Assembly: GCA_026417875.1 (NCBI GenBank)
Contig: JAOACK010000006.1
Location: forward strand, 1,201-65,200
Origin: Thermodesulfovibrionales bacterium
GTDB taxonomy: Bacteria; Nitrospirota; Thermodesulfovibrionia; Thermodesulfovibrionales; CALJEL01
Reading direction: 5' to 3'
DNA length: 64,000 nucleotides
The position numbers and the translations under genes were made by a program. The notes below the pieces were generated by a model. That model did not search any database. It was not told the origin of the DNA and was given only the letters and a program-made list of their open reading frames with translations. This document shows, piece by piece, positions 1 through 7,750 of this stretch; positions within the stretch are counted from its first letter, which is position 1; each line of letters starts with the position of its first letter.

Positions 1-977
1 GGTAATTTTTTATCCATAGCCACATCAAGCATAAGGCCGACAATATCAAGACCTGTAATTAGCTCAGTAACACCATGTTCAACCTGAAGTCTGGTATTCA
101 CCTCAAGAAAATAATATTTCTTTGTATTTGAATCAAAGATAAACTCAACAGTGCCTGCAGAGGTATAATTGATCTCCCTCATAAGTCTTAAAGCAGTAAA
201 ACATATCTCCTGTCTAAGGTTATCATCAAGTGTTGGTGAAGGAGCCTCCTCTATAATCTTCTGGTTTCTTCTCTGAATAGTACATTCCCTTTCGAAAAGA
301 TGCACAATATTTCCATGTCTGTCACCAATAACCTGTACCTCTATATGCCTTCCTCTTTCAATATATTTTTCCACAAGTATGGTATCATCACCAAAGGCCT
401 TTTTTGCCTCTGAACGAGCCTGATTAAAGGCAAGTTCAAGCTGCTCTTCTCTTTCAACCTTTACCATACCCTTTCCACCGCCACCTGCAGCAGCCTTTAT
501 CATTATGGGAAATGCAACGCCTTCATCCTTCATCCACTTTTTAATGGTAGCAACATCTTTGACATCTGTAATACCAGGTATAGTGGGCACATTAGCCTTC
601 TGGGCAATCTTTTTTGCACGTATCTTATCACCCATAAGTCTTATTACCTGGGGCTCTGGACCAATCCATATAAGTCCGGCATCTATAACCATCTGGGCAA
701 AGTCAGGATTTTCAGCAAGAAAACCCCATCCCGGATGAACAGCATTTGAGCCACTTTTTAAAGCTGCCTCTATCATCTTCTCCATATTAAGGTAGGATTC
801 AATAGGTGGAGCTTCACCTATATGGATCGCTGTATCAGCCATAAAGACATGGTGAGCTAATCTATCAGGTGTACTGTAAACAGCTGTGGTCGGTATCTTC
901 CTGTCCCTGCAGGTTAGCATAACCCTAACTGCTGGTACTCCCCTATTTGCGACAAGAACCTTTTTAATTTCAGGCAT
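1..977 (-). CDS. Biotin carboxylase-type ATP-grasp enzyme (acetyl-CoA carboxylase AccC or pyruvate carboxylase subunit A), N-terminal ~325 codons; the C-terminal part lies beyond the window edge
   Basis: Minus-strand frame is open from the window edge to ATG at 977; it is absent from the ORF track because it is truncated. Own translation gives MPEIKKVLVANRG..., VHPGWGFLAEN, FPIMIKAAAGGGGKGM (glycine-rich ATP-grasp loop) and EVNTRLQVEH. AGGAGA Shine-Dalgarno lies 7 nt upstream. Confidence 0.85.
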   Translation of the reverse strand, partial: MPEIKKVLVANRGVPAVRVMLTCRDRKIPTTAVYSTPDRLAHHVFMADTAIHIGEAPPIESYLNMEKMIEAALKSGSNAVHPGWGFLAENPDFAQMVIDAGLIWIGPEPQVIRLMGDKIRAKKIAQKANVPTIPGITDVKDVATIKKWMKDEGVAFPIMIKAAAGGGGKGMVKVEREEQLELAFNQARSEAKKAFGDDTILVEKYIERGRHIEVQVIGDRHGNIVHLFERECTIQRRNQKIIEEAPSPTLDDNLRQEICFTALRLMREINYTSAGTVEFIFDSNTKKYYFLEVNTRLQVEHGVTELITGLDIVGLMLDVAMDKKL

Positions 978-1067
978 AATAAATTCTCCTGTAAATACAA
1001 AAAAATCCTAAAAAATAAATTAATAAACCTTTTTGAAAATTATAGAGACAAAAAGCAAAATACTTAC

Positions 1068-1144
1068 TGGCGGGGTGGACGGGGCTCGAACCCGCGACCT
1101 TCGGCGTGACAGGCCGACGTTCTAACCAGCTGAACTACCACCCC
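1068..1144 (-). tRNA. tRNA-Asp (anticodon GTC), CCA encoded
   Basis: Reverse complement GGGGTGGTAGTTCAGCTGGTTAGAACGTCGGCCTGTCACGCCGAAGGTCGCGGGTTCGAGCCCCGTCCACCCCGCCA folds as a cloverleaf. Acceptor is GGGGTGG/CCACCCC, anticodon loop CTGTCAC, T-loop TTCGAGC. Confidence 0.95.
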
Positions 1145-1152
1145 AGAATATA

Positions 1153-1228
1153 TGGTAGGCGGAACAGGGATCGAACCTGTGACCTCAGCCTTGTAAGGGC
1201 TGCGCTCTCCCAACTGAGCTATCCGCCC
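1153..1228 (-). tRNA. tRNA-Val (anticodon TAC), CCA encoded
   Basis: Reverse complement is GGGCGGATAGCTCAGTTGGGAGAGCGCAGCCCTTACAAGGCTGAGGTCACAGGTTCGATCCCTGTTCCGCCTACCA. D-arm GCTC/GAGC, anticodon stem CAGCC/GGCTG with loop CTTACAA, T-loop TTCGATC. Position 1:72 is a G:T wobble. Confidence 0.93.
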
Positions 1229-1240
1229 GGAGTGTTTTAT

Positions 1241-1269
1241 TTTAACAACAATACTTATGGATTTGTCAA
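1241..1269 (-). promoter_or_regulatory. Candidate sigma-70 promoter for the tRNA-Val/tRNA-Asp pair
   Basis: On the minus strand: TTGACA (1269-1264), 17-nt spacer, GTTAAA (1246-1241; TAAAAT with a 19-nt spacer). It ends about 13 nt upstream of the tRNA-Val 5' end. Confidence 0.4.
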
Positions 1270-1351
1270 TTATAAAATTTTGAAAATAATCGGAAATAGA
1301 TTAACACAATCTATTGTCAACCAGGATATTTCATGTTATCCTTATTTCAGG

Positions 1352-2179
1352 ATGTATTCCAGAATACTCGCCACTGTTAATGAACACCTTACCTCTGAGA
1401 TTGCAGGTCTCTATAGCCTTCATATTGCAAAAGCCTGTAATGCTGTTCTTTACCTGGCCTATATTGCAGAGAAAGGCACCATAGAGTCTGATCTGAAAAA
1501 GGCCGAGTCTGCCTTAAAGAAGCTTTTTTACAATGCAGAAAAATCCGGTCTTAAGGTTGAGGCCATATTTGATACAGGAAATTTCAAACAGAAAATAAAG
1601 GAGATCGCTGAAACAAAAAAAATTGATATTATATTTGCAGCAACAAGCAGAAGCGGCAAAACCGAATATGGCCTTGGTTCTTCAGCAAAAGCTTTGCTCC
1701 GATTACCTTTATCTGTATGCCTCGTACGGGTTGTCCATTTTGGAAAAATTCATCCAGGAAGGATTTTAATTCCTTTGAAATCAAAGATAGATCATATTGA
1801 AGAAAGGGCTTATTTTTCCGCCCTTCTTGCAAAGGCCTTTGGCAGTTCAATCCATTTATTTCATATCACAAGGCCTTCAACAGGATTCTTTCATGGTGAA
1901 ATACACCTTACAGCCTTTGAACTTGAAAAAAGACTGAGCAGGGATATGCTTTCCTTCATAGATAAACTCCAGGAATTAGGTGTAAACTTTGAAAGAAAGT
2001 TGAGCCACGGTGCTCCATCGAAGGACATAACCATTGAGGCAGCCTCAAGGAGATTTGACCTTATAATGATGGGAGCGTCCACAAGAAGCTTTATTGGTTC
2101 TCTTATTGAAAAGAGTCCCCTTGAATATGTTATAGAAAAAACTCCCTGTAATCTCCTTATCTTCAAACCAAAGAGATGA
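1352..2179 (+). CDS. Universal stress protein family protein (two tandem Usp-like halves)
   Basis: ORF-track frame 1106..2179 trimmed to the first ATG (1352) downstream of the opposite-strand tRNAs. Two alpha/beta halves each end in a Usp-like segment (IDIIFAATSRSGK...; DLIMMGASTRSFIGSLIEKSPLEYVIEKTPCNLLIF). The stop overlaps the next start (ATGA). Confidence 0.7.
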   Translation: MYSRILATVNEHLTSEIAGLYSLHIAKACNAVLYLAYIAEKGTIESDLKKAESALKKLFYNAEKSGLKVEAIFDTGNFKQKIKEIAETKKIDIIFAATSRSGKTEYGLGSSAKALLRLPLSVCLVRVVHFGKIHPGRILIPLKSKIDHIEERAYFSALLAKAFGSSIHLFHITRPSTGFFHGEIHLTAFELEKRLSRDMLSFIDKLQELGVNFERKLSHGAPSKDITIEAASRRFDLIMMGASTRSFIGSLIEKSPLEYVIEKTPCNLLIFKPKR

Positions 2180-4803
2180 GAATAAACACTCTTCCAGCAG
2201 ATGAGGTGCTGAGTATTCTTGGAAGCTCTTCTCAAGGTTTAACAGAGGAAGAGGCAAGAAGAAGACTTTCAGAATTTGGCTATAATGAGATAGAGGAGAT
2301 AAGAAGAGAATCTCTTTTAAAAAAATTCTTTGAACAGTTTACCCACTTTCTTGCCCTGCTGCTCTGGATAGCCTCCCTTCTCTGTTTTATATATGAATGT
2401 CTTTATCCCGGTGAAGGTATGCTTAACCTCGGGATAGCCATTGTGTCCGTTATATTTGTCAATGGAGTCTTTACTTTCATTCAGGAATACAGGGCTGAAA
2501 AGGTCCTCAGGATAATGAAGGGTCTTCTTCCATTCAGGGCAAAGGTATTGAGAAATGGAATTTTAAGAGATATTGATGCAAGGGAGATTGTTATTGGTGA
2601 TATTGTTTGCCTTAATGAAGGTGACAGGATACCTGCTGATATGAGACTAATTGAGTCTGCTTCATTAAGGGTGAGTCAGGCAACACTTACAGGAGAATCA
2701 GAGCCAATCATTAAGACTCCTGAACTCTGTGAAAGTGAATTACTGACAAGTCCGAATATCCTTTTTGCAGGCACCTCAGTTATATCAGGTCATGGCAGGG
2801 CTGTGGTATTTGCAACTGGCATGAGAACAGAATTCGGTAAAATCGCCCATCTCGCAGGAACTGTGAGCCCTGGAATAAGCCCTCTTCAGAGGGAGATTAA
2901 GAGGATAACCAGGATAGTAGGTATAATCGCAACACTCATGGGAATTGTCTTTTTCATTACAGGCTTTCTGGTAAAGAGAACCTTTTTTGAAAACTTCCTT
3001 TTTGCTATAGGAATCATAGTTGCAAATGTTCCGGAAGGATTGCTTCCCACAGTTACCCTTTCCCTTGCGATGGGCAGTCAGAGGATGGCAAAAAGAAAGG
3101 CACTCATAAAAACACTCACCTCTGTAGAGACCCTTGGCTCAGTAGATGTAATATGTACTGATAAGACTGGAACCCTTACAATGAACAGGATGGAAGTAAA
3201 AGAGGTCCTGAACCTCAATGAGGGAAATACTGCTCCATATCCATCCCTTTATGATATAGCTCTCCTGTGTAATAATGCAGAAATCATAAACGATGAACTA
3301 AAGGGTGAACCTACAGAAATTGCTCTGTTCCGATGGGCATCAAAAAAAGGCAATCCCTCCAAAATCAGGATAAAGGAGATACCTTTCGATTCAGAAAGAA
3401 AGAGGATGAGTACAGTAAACAAAATACAGGAAAAGATATTTTTACTGACAAAGGGTGCACCAGAAAGCCTCCTCACCATAAGCACCCATTGCCTAATAGG
3501 AGGGGAAATTAAGGAATTAACACCAGCAGAGCGCGGAAAACTTATTGCGATTTACAATTCAATGATGGACAGGGGATTAAGGGTTCTTGCCTTTGGTTTC
3601 AGGGAACTCAATGAAGATGAACTCATTGAGAGTGATATAGAAAAAAAATTAGTACTTGTCGGCCTTATAGGCCTGCAGGACCCTCCAAGGCCTGAGGTAC
3701 CCGAGGCAATCCGAAAATGCAGAGCGGCAGGAATAAAAGTCATAATGATAACAGGCGATAGCTCAAGAACAGCACTATCAATAGCCAGACAGATAGGTCT
3801 TGTAAGGAATACTCCAAAGATAATAGAGGGCAGAGAATTTCACAGCCTCACAGACAGAGACTTAAGGGAGGCAATGAAAAGCGAAGAGATCATCTTTTCA
3901 AGGATGACACCTAAGAATAAACTCAGGATAGTTAACATACTCAAAGAAGAAGGTCACAGAGTGGCTGTAACAGGTGATGGAGTCAACGACGCACCTGCAT
4001 TGAGAAAGGCAGACATTGGCGTTGCAATGGGAAGTGGTACAGATGTGGCTAAGGAGGCAGCAGATATGATTCTTCTTGATGATAACTTTGCCACCATAGT
4101 GAATGCAATTGAAGAAGGAAGGGCTGTTTTTGAGAATATAAGAAATTTCATCACATATATATTTGCATCAAATATTCCGGAGATTGTTCCCTATATTGCC
4201 TATGTATTACTTGGAATACCTCTACCACTCACAATCATGCAGATACTTGCAGTTGATCTCGGAACAGACCTCTTTCCTGCCCTTGCCCTTGGAGCAGAAA
4301 AACCATCTAAGAACCTGATGCAGAAACCTCCAAGACCACCTGAAGAAAGGCTTTTAAACTGGAAGGTTTTATCACGAGCTTATCTCTTTCTCGGTCCAAT
4401 AGAGGCAATAGCAGGACTTTACGGATATTTTTATGTACTTAAATCAGGTGGCTGGCTATGGGGTACAGTGCTGTCATCTAAGGATATTTTATATCTCAAG
4501 GCAACCACTGCCTGTCTTGGAGGAATAATTATAACTCAGATAGCCAATGCCTTTGCCTGCAGGTCATCAGCTGAATCTGTTTTCAGGCTCGGAATATTTT
4601 CAAACAGGCTTTTAATCTTTGCTATCTTCATTGAAATAATAATAGCACTCCTTATTATTTATACAGGAACTGGCAATACCTTCTTTGGAACAGCACCTCT
4701 TGAGCCAGAGGTATGGCTCGTGCTTCTACCCTTCAGCATAATCTTATTTTTTGCTGAGGAGTTAATAAAAAGTCTTTTCACATTCCTGCCAGGAAGGAGA
4801 TAG
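2176..4803 (+). CDS. Cation-translocating P-type ATPase (P2-type, Ca2+/Na+-like)
   Basis: LTGESEP actuator motif, ICTDKTGTLT phosphorylation site, PEGLLPTVT in the M4 helix, MITGDS and TGDGVNDAPALRKADIG hinge, multiple C-terminal TM helices. Confidence 0.9.
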   Translation: MRINTLPADEVLSILGSSSQGLTEEEARRRLSEFGYNEIEEIRRESLLKKFFEQFTHFLALLLWIASLLCFIYECLYPGEGMLNLGIAIVSVIFVNGVFTFIQEYRAEKVLRIMKGLLPFRAKVLRNGILRDIDAREIVIGDIVCLNEGDRIPADMRLIESASLRVSQATLTGESEPIIKTPELCESELLTSPNILFAGTSVISGHGRAVVFATGMRTEFGKIAHLAGTVSPGISPLQREIKRITRIVGIIATLMGIVFFITGFLVKRTFFENFLFAIGIIVANVPEGLLPTVTLSLAMGSQRMAKRKALIKTLTSVETLGSVDVICTDKTGTLTMNRMEVKEVLNLNEGNTAPYPSLYDIALLCNNAEIINDELKGEPTEIALFRWASKKGNPSKIRIKEIPFDSERKRMSTVNKIQEKIFLLTKGAPESLLTISTHCLIGGEIKELTPAERGKLIAIYNSMMDRGLRVLAFGFRELNEDELIESDIEKKLVLVGLIGLQDPPRPEVPEAIRKCRAAGIKVIMITGDSSRTALSIARQIGLVRNTPKIIEGREFHSLTDRDLREAMKSEEIIFSRMTPKNKLRIVNILKEEGHRVAVTGDGVNDAPALRKADIGVAMGSGTDVAKEAADMILLDDNFATIVNAIEEGRAVFENIRNFITYIFASNIPEIVPYIAYVLLGIPLPLTIMQILAVDLGTDLFPALALGAEKPSKNLMQKPPRPPEERLLNWKVLSRAYLFLGPIEAIAGLYGYFYVLKSGGWLWGTVLSSKDILYLKATTACLGGIIITQIANAFACRSSAESVFRLGIFSNRLLIFAIFIEIIIALLIIYTGTGNTFFGTAPLEPEVWLVLLPFSIILFFAEELIKSLFTFLPGRR

Positions 4804-4879
4804 ACCGCAACTATCGGGGCTAAATTTAAGTAGTCGCAGAACTTTTTATATTAGAAAAAAAGTATGTCCGGCATATCCA

Positions 4880-5530
4880 TTAAATACCAGCAATTAGGAC
4901 AAAACCGTCTATAGGGTTACCACTCCTGGTCTTAAATTTCCTTACCTCAAATTCAATAATTTTATACCCAGTGTTTATGACAAGTTCCATAATCTCTTTG
5001 GACTCGAAATGGTGTGCAAGATAGAGTATGTTTCCATCTGAATCCCTGACATAGAATGTGCCCTTCTCTAGCCCACAGCTTATACCCTCTTCATATCTCT
5101 GTCTGTAAAGGGGAATGTTGTAATTCTGTAAAAAATCAGCAATATAAAGTAGCCCATTATTTCTCAGCAAATCTCTTATCCTTCTAAGCACTTCCACTCT
5201 TAAAGCCTCATCCACTAAAGTAGTCATGAAGGCATTCATAATTGCAATATCATAGCAGCCATCAATGTGTGAATTACATATGTCAGCAGTGATAAAGTTT
5301 ACATTCGGCAGCCTGAGTGACTGTGCCTTCTGGTTTGCCCTTTCAATGGCAGATTGATTAATGTCTACTCCTGTAACACTGTAACCTAGTAAACCAAGAG
5401 CCAGAGCAATGTTCCCGTTTCCGCAGCCAACATCAATAATTCTATACTCTGGCTTTAAGTACTTGAATAATAAATAATCTGGTTTTACAGTTGATGGTAT
5501 GCTTGCTGTCTTGCTCCAGAAATTATCCAT
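4880..5530 (-). CDS. Class I SAM-dependent methyltransferase
   Basis: Motif I IIDVGCGNGNIALALG, acidic loop VTGVDIN, post-I ITADI. Own AGGTGG Shine-Dalgarno 4 nt upstream of ATG 5530. A 186-nt gap separates it from the upstream operon. Confidence 0.8.
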   Translation of the reverse strand: MDNFWSKTASIPSTVKPDYLLFKYLKPEYRIIDVGCGNGNIALALGLLGYSVTGVDINQSAIERANQKAQSLRLPNVNFITADICNSHIDGCYDIAIMNAFMTTLVDEALRVEVLRRIRDLLRNNGLLYIADFLQNYNIPLYRQRYEEGISCGLEKGTFYVRDSDGNILYLAHHFESKEIMELVINTGYKIIEFEVRKFKTRSGNPIDGFVLIAGI

Positions 5531-5715
5531 ATGACCACCTAAATTTACTTACACACTATCTGTAATTAATGAATTCTTTTGGAAGACCAATAGATATCCT
5601 TTCACGCCCGAATGCCACAACAGAAAGTTAAAGCTGGAGATATTAAGGTCATTATATTTTTATCTACTTGATAAACAGAATTAAAATCAGAGGCCTGTTA
5701 CCTGCTATTTTTAAA

Positions 5716-6069
5716 TCATTCCGGCACCGGAGTACCGTTAATGAATATCTCTAAAATCTTTGCTATCGAATTTATCTTGCCAGCTAAAATTCTTTTCTGA
5801 TAGTCTGGATGGTTCCTGTCTATTTCCTCAGCAAACCAGTTGAACTTCATCACAAGGTCCTCTATGGAATCCACATAGAGACCTACTGCACAGTTATATG
5901 AAGGACACTCAAGCACAACAGGTTTTGCATCCTTATCTTCAGGAGGATAAATCTCTCTGTCAACACCTTTTGAGAGATAAAGTGCCATCTCTTCAGGTTG
6001 CTCGAAAAATAGAAGCCTGCGTCTCTCATCAGGTGGGTAGAGGCAGCTGTGACATACAGGAGGTTTCAT
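5716..6069 (-). CDS. Hypothetical small protein with CxxC and Cx4C cysteine pairs (possible zinc ribbon) and a helical C-terminus
   Basis: ORF track gives 5716..6084 from a TTG. I prefer ATG at 6069 (MKPPVCHSC...) because a TATAAT hexamer (6081-6076) ends 7 nt upstream and neither start has an SD. Motifs CHSC and CPSYNC. No family recognised. Confidence 0.5.
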   Translation of the reverse strand: MKPPVCHSCLYPPDERRRLLFFEQPEEMALYLSKGVDREIYPPEDKDAKPVVLECPSYNCAVGLYVDSIEDLVMKFNWFAEEIDRNHPDYQKRILAGKINSIAKILEIFINGTPVPE

Positions 6070-6110
6070 GTTATTATTATACAAGATAAGGTTGTTTTTT
6101 ATCTATTTGT

Positions 6111-6593
6111 TCATAAAAAGCTTCTGTGCATAGGGCCCCAAGATTCATATGTTCCGCTAGCCTTATCAAAATGATAAATTGTAACAGATGCATTACTAAA
6201 AACCTCTCCGGTAATTAATGCACCAACAACTGGTCCTCTGTAAAATAGATGAATTCTGTCAGCACCTTTCTCCATGGCTCGGGCTTTGAGTCTGTGCAAT
6301 TCTCTTACAAAATTGTCCAGATCTTCTTTTTTCAACTCTGGAGATGAATATTTTATCAGTTCTGAATTAATACCGTTTTCCTGCAAAAAAAGTCTTACCT
6401 GGTTTTCGCTCTCTCCGGGCCCAAAATCTATAAGGATTGCTACCGGTCTGTTTCCCTTTGCAGCTTCAAGACTCTGAATTAATATCTTCTGTCTCTTCTT
6501 CTGCGTATATATCATCCACCATGAGGATATTACAGGTAAAGAAACAATTATGCCAATGATTATATTTATCCTATCAAGCAGATCCCATAACAT
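6111..6593 (-). CDS. Membrane-anchored protein with a single Rossmann-like SAVED/CARF-like module
   Basis: N-terminal TM helix IIIGIIVSLPVISSWWMIY. It is followed by alternating strand/helix segments: PVAILIDFGPG, then RIHLFYRGPVVGALITGEVF, then VTIYHF. These resemble the conserved hLF..aP.a.a.l.G...v.vY block of SAVED sensor domains. Start lies 4 nt after the SPFH stop. Confidence 0.6.
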   Translation of the reverse strand: MLWDLLDRINIIIGIIVSLPVISSWWMIYTQKKRQKILIQSLEAAKGNRPVAILIDFGPGESENQVRLFLQENGINSELIKYSSPELKKEDLDNFVRELHRLKARAMEKGADRIHLFYRGPVVGALITGEVFSNASVTIYHFDKASGTYESWGPMHRSFL

Positions 6594-6597
6594 ATCC

Positions 6598-7482
6598 TTA
6601 TGACCCTTTATGAAAGATTTCGGAGAAGACCTTTGTTAATTCAATCGGTATTATAAACTTTGTAGATTGAGATGTGCCAATACTCCTTAAAGTCTCAAGA
6701 TACTGAAGGTTCATTGTCTTCTGGTCAATGTCCCGTGCCACTGAGAATATTTTATCAAGGGCAATTGAGTAACCCTCTGCCTCAAGTATCCTTGCCTGAC
6801 GTTCACCCTCTGCTCTTAGTATCTGAGCCTGCTTTATACCCTCTGCCTCAAGTATCTTTGCCTGTTTTTCTCCCTCTGCCTTGAGTATCTGTGATTGCTT
6901 CACTCCTTCTGCCTCTGTTACCATGGCACGCCTGGTCCTTTCAGCTGCCATCTGCTTTGTCATTGCATCCTTTACCTCTTTTGGAGGTGTGATCTCCCTT
7001 ATTTCCACAGCAGTAACCTTAACACCCCACCTGCTTGTAACCTCATCTAGTTTTATTTGCAATTGTTTGTTTATCTCTTCTCTTTTGGAAAGCACATCAT
7101 CAAGAGCTATATCGCCTATCACAGCTCTTAATGTTGTAGTTGCAAGTCCCCTTGCTGCAATTTCGAAATTCTGAACGCTAACTATGGAAATTACAGGATC
7201 TATTACCCTCATATATATTAGAAAATCTATTGATATGGGAGCATTATCCTTTGTTATACAGGTCTGTTCAGGTATATCAATTACAAATTCTCTTAGATCA
7301 ACACGCACAGGCCTATCAATAAGTGGAATAATTAGTGTTATACCTGGTCCCTTTGCTCTTTCAAGAACCCTTCCCAGTCTGAATACAACAATCCTTTCAT
7401 ATTCTTGCGCTATCCTGATAGCCGAAACAAGAAAGAGGATTAAAAAAGTAAGAATTACTACAATTGATATGGACAGATTCAT
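6598..7482 (-). CDS. SPFH/band-7 family protein (stomatin/QmcA-like)
   Basis: N-terminal TM anchor, then EYERIVVFRLGRV, GPGITLIIPLIDR, TLRAVIGDIALDDVLSKREEIN, and a C-terminal AEGxKQAxIL hendecad repeat region. Strong AAGGAGGG SD 6 nt upstream. The start shares one base with the upstream stop (TAATG). Confidence 0.9.
   Translation of the reverse strand: MNLSISIVVILTFLILFLVSAIRIAQEYERIVVFRLGRVLERAKGPGITLIIPLIDRPVRVDLREFVIDIPEQTCITKDNAPISIDFLIYMRVIDPVISIVSVQNFEIAARGLATTTLRAVIGDIALDDVLSKREEINKQLQIKLDEVTSRWGVKVTAVEIREITPPKEVKDAMTKQMAAERTRRAMVTEAEGVKQSQILKAEGEKQAKILEAEGIKQAQILRAEGERQARILEAEGYSIALDKIFSVARDIDQKTMNLQYLETLRSIGTSQSTKFIIPIELTKVFSEIFHKGS
6769..6915 (-). repeat. Coding 33-nt (11-residue) tandem repeats inside the SPFH gene
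   Basis: Protein repeats are ILKAEGEKQAK / ILEAEGIKQAQ / ILRAEGERQAR / ILEAEGYS. At nucleotide level the unit ctgcctcaagtatc(c/t)ttgcctg recurs. This is the typical SPFH C-terminal coiled coil. Confidence 0.7.
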
Positions 7483-7736
7483 TATAGACCCTCCTTTATT
7501 TTTTTGTTTATGTCTCTCAATTCGTCTCTGATATCAATAAAAAGATAAATCAAAAAAGCACCAAGGATTACAGCAGCTATACCGAATACTATAATAATTA
7601 AAAAACTTATAACATTAAATCTGCCAAATCCCGGTATAGATGCCATCAAGTATGCATACAGAATAGTCGTGATTATCCCAAAAATTACCGCAATACCTAC
7701 CAAAGGCTGCCCAATTTTTAAGATAAAGTTTTTCAT
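7482..7736 (-). CDS. Small integral membrane protein (two predicted TM helices, charged C-terminal helix)
   Basis: Hydrophobic stretches LVGIAVIFGIITTILYAYLMA and VISFLIIIVFGIAAVILGAFLIYLFI. GGAGGG SD 6 nt upstream, immediately after the CARF gene stop. Its stop overlaps the SPFH start. Confidence 0.65.
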   Translation of the reverse strand: MKNFILKIGQPLVGIAVIFGIITTILYAYLMASIPGFGRFNVISFLIIIVFGIAAVILGAFLIYLFIDIRDELRDINKKIKEGL

Positions 7737-7750
7737 ACACTTCCCTCCTA

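Noticed and set aside
1106-1351. 5' part of the 357-aa ORF 1106..2179
   Set aside because: It runs antisense straight through two well-folded tRNA genes. The Usp-like homology only starts after the ATG at 1352, so the extension is a reading-frame artefact.
4804-4879. Terminator between the convergent P-type ATPase and methyltransferase genes
   Set aside because: The best hairpin (GCAACTA...TAGTCGC) has a mismatch in a 7-bp stem and a 17-nt loop. It is too weak to call.
1068-5530. Idea that the tRNA-Asp/Val pair marks the integration site of a genomic island covering the Usp, ATPase, methyltransferase and CARF genes
   Set aside because: There is no integrase. I saw no direct repeat of a tRNA 3' end downstream. 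The Usp/P-type ATPase pair looks like ordinary chromosomal cargo.
6769-6915. Short periodic nucleotide repeats that at first glance resemble a mini repeat array
   Set aside because: The period is 33 nt with no unique spacers. The repeats are in frame and encode the AEGxKQAxIL hendecad coiled coil typical of SPFH proteins. This is not a CRISPR array or a non-coding repeat.
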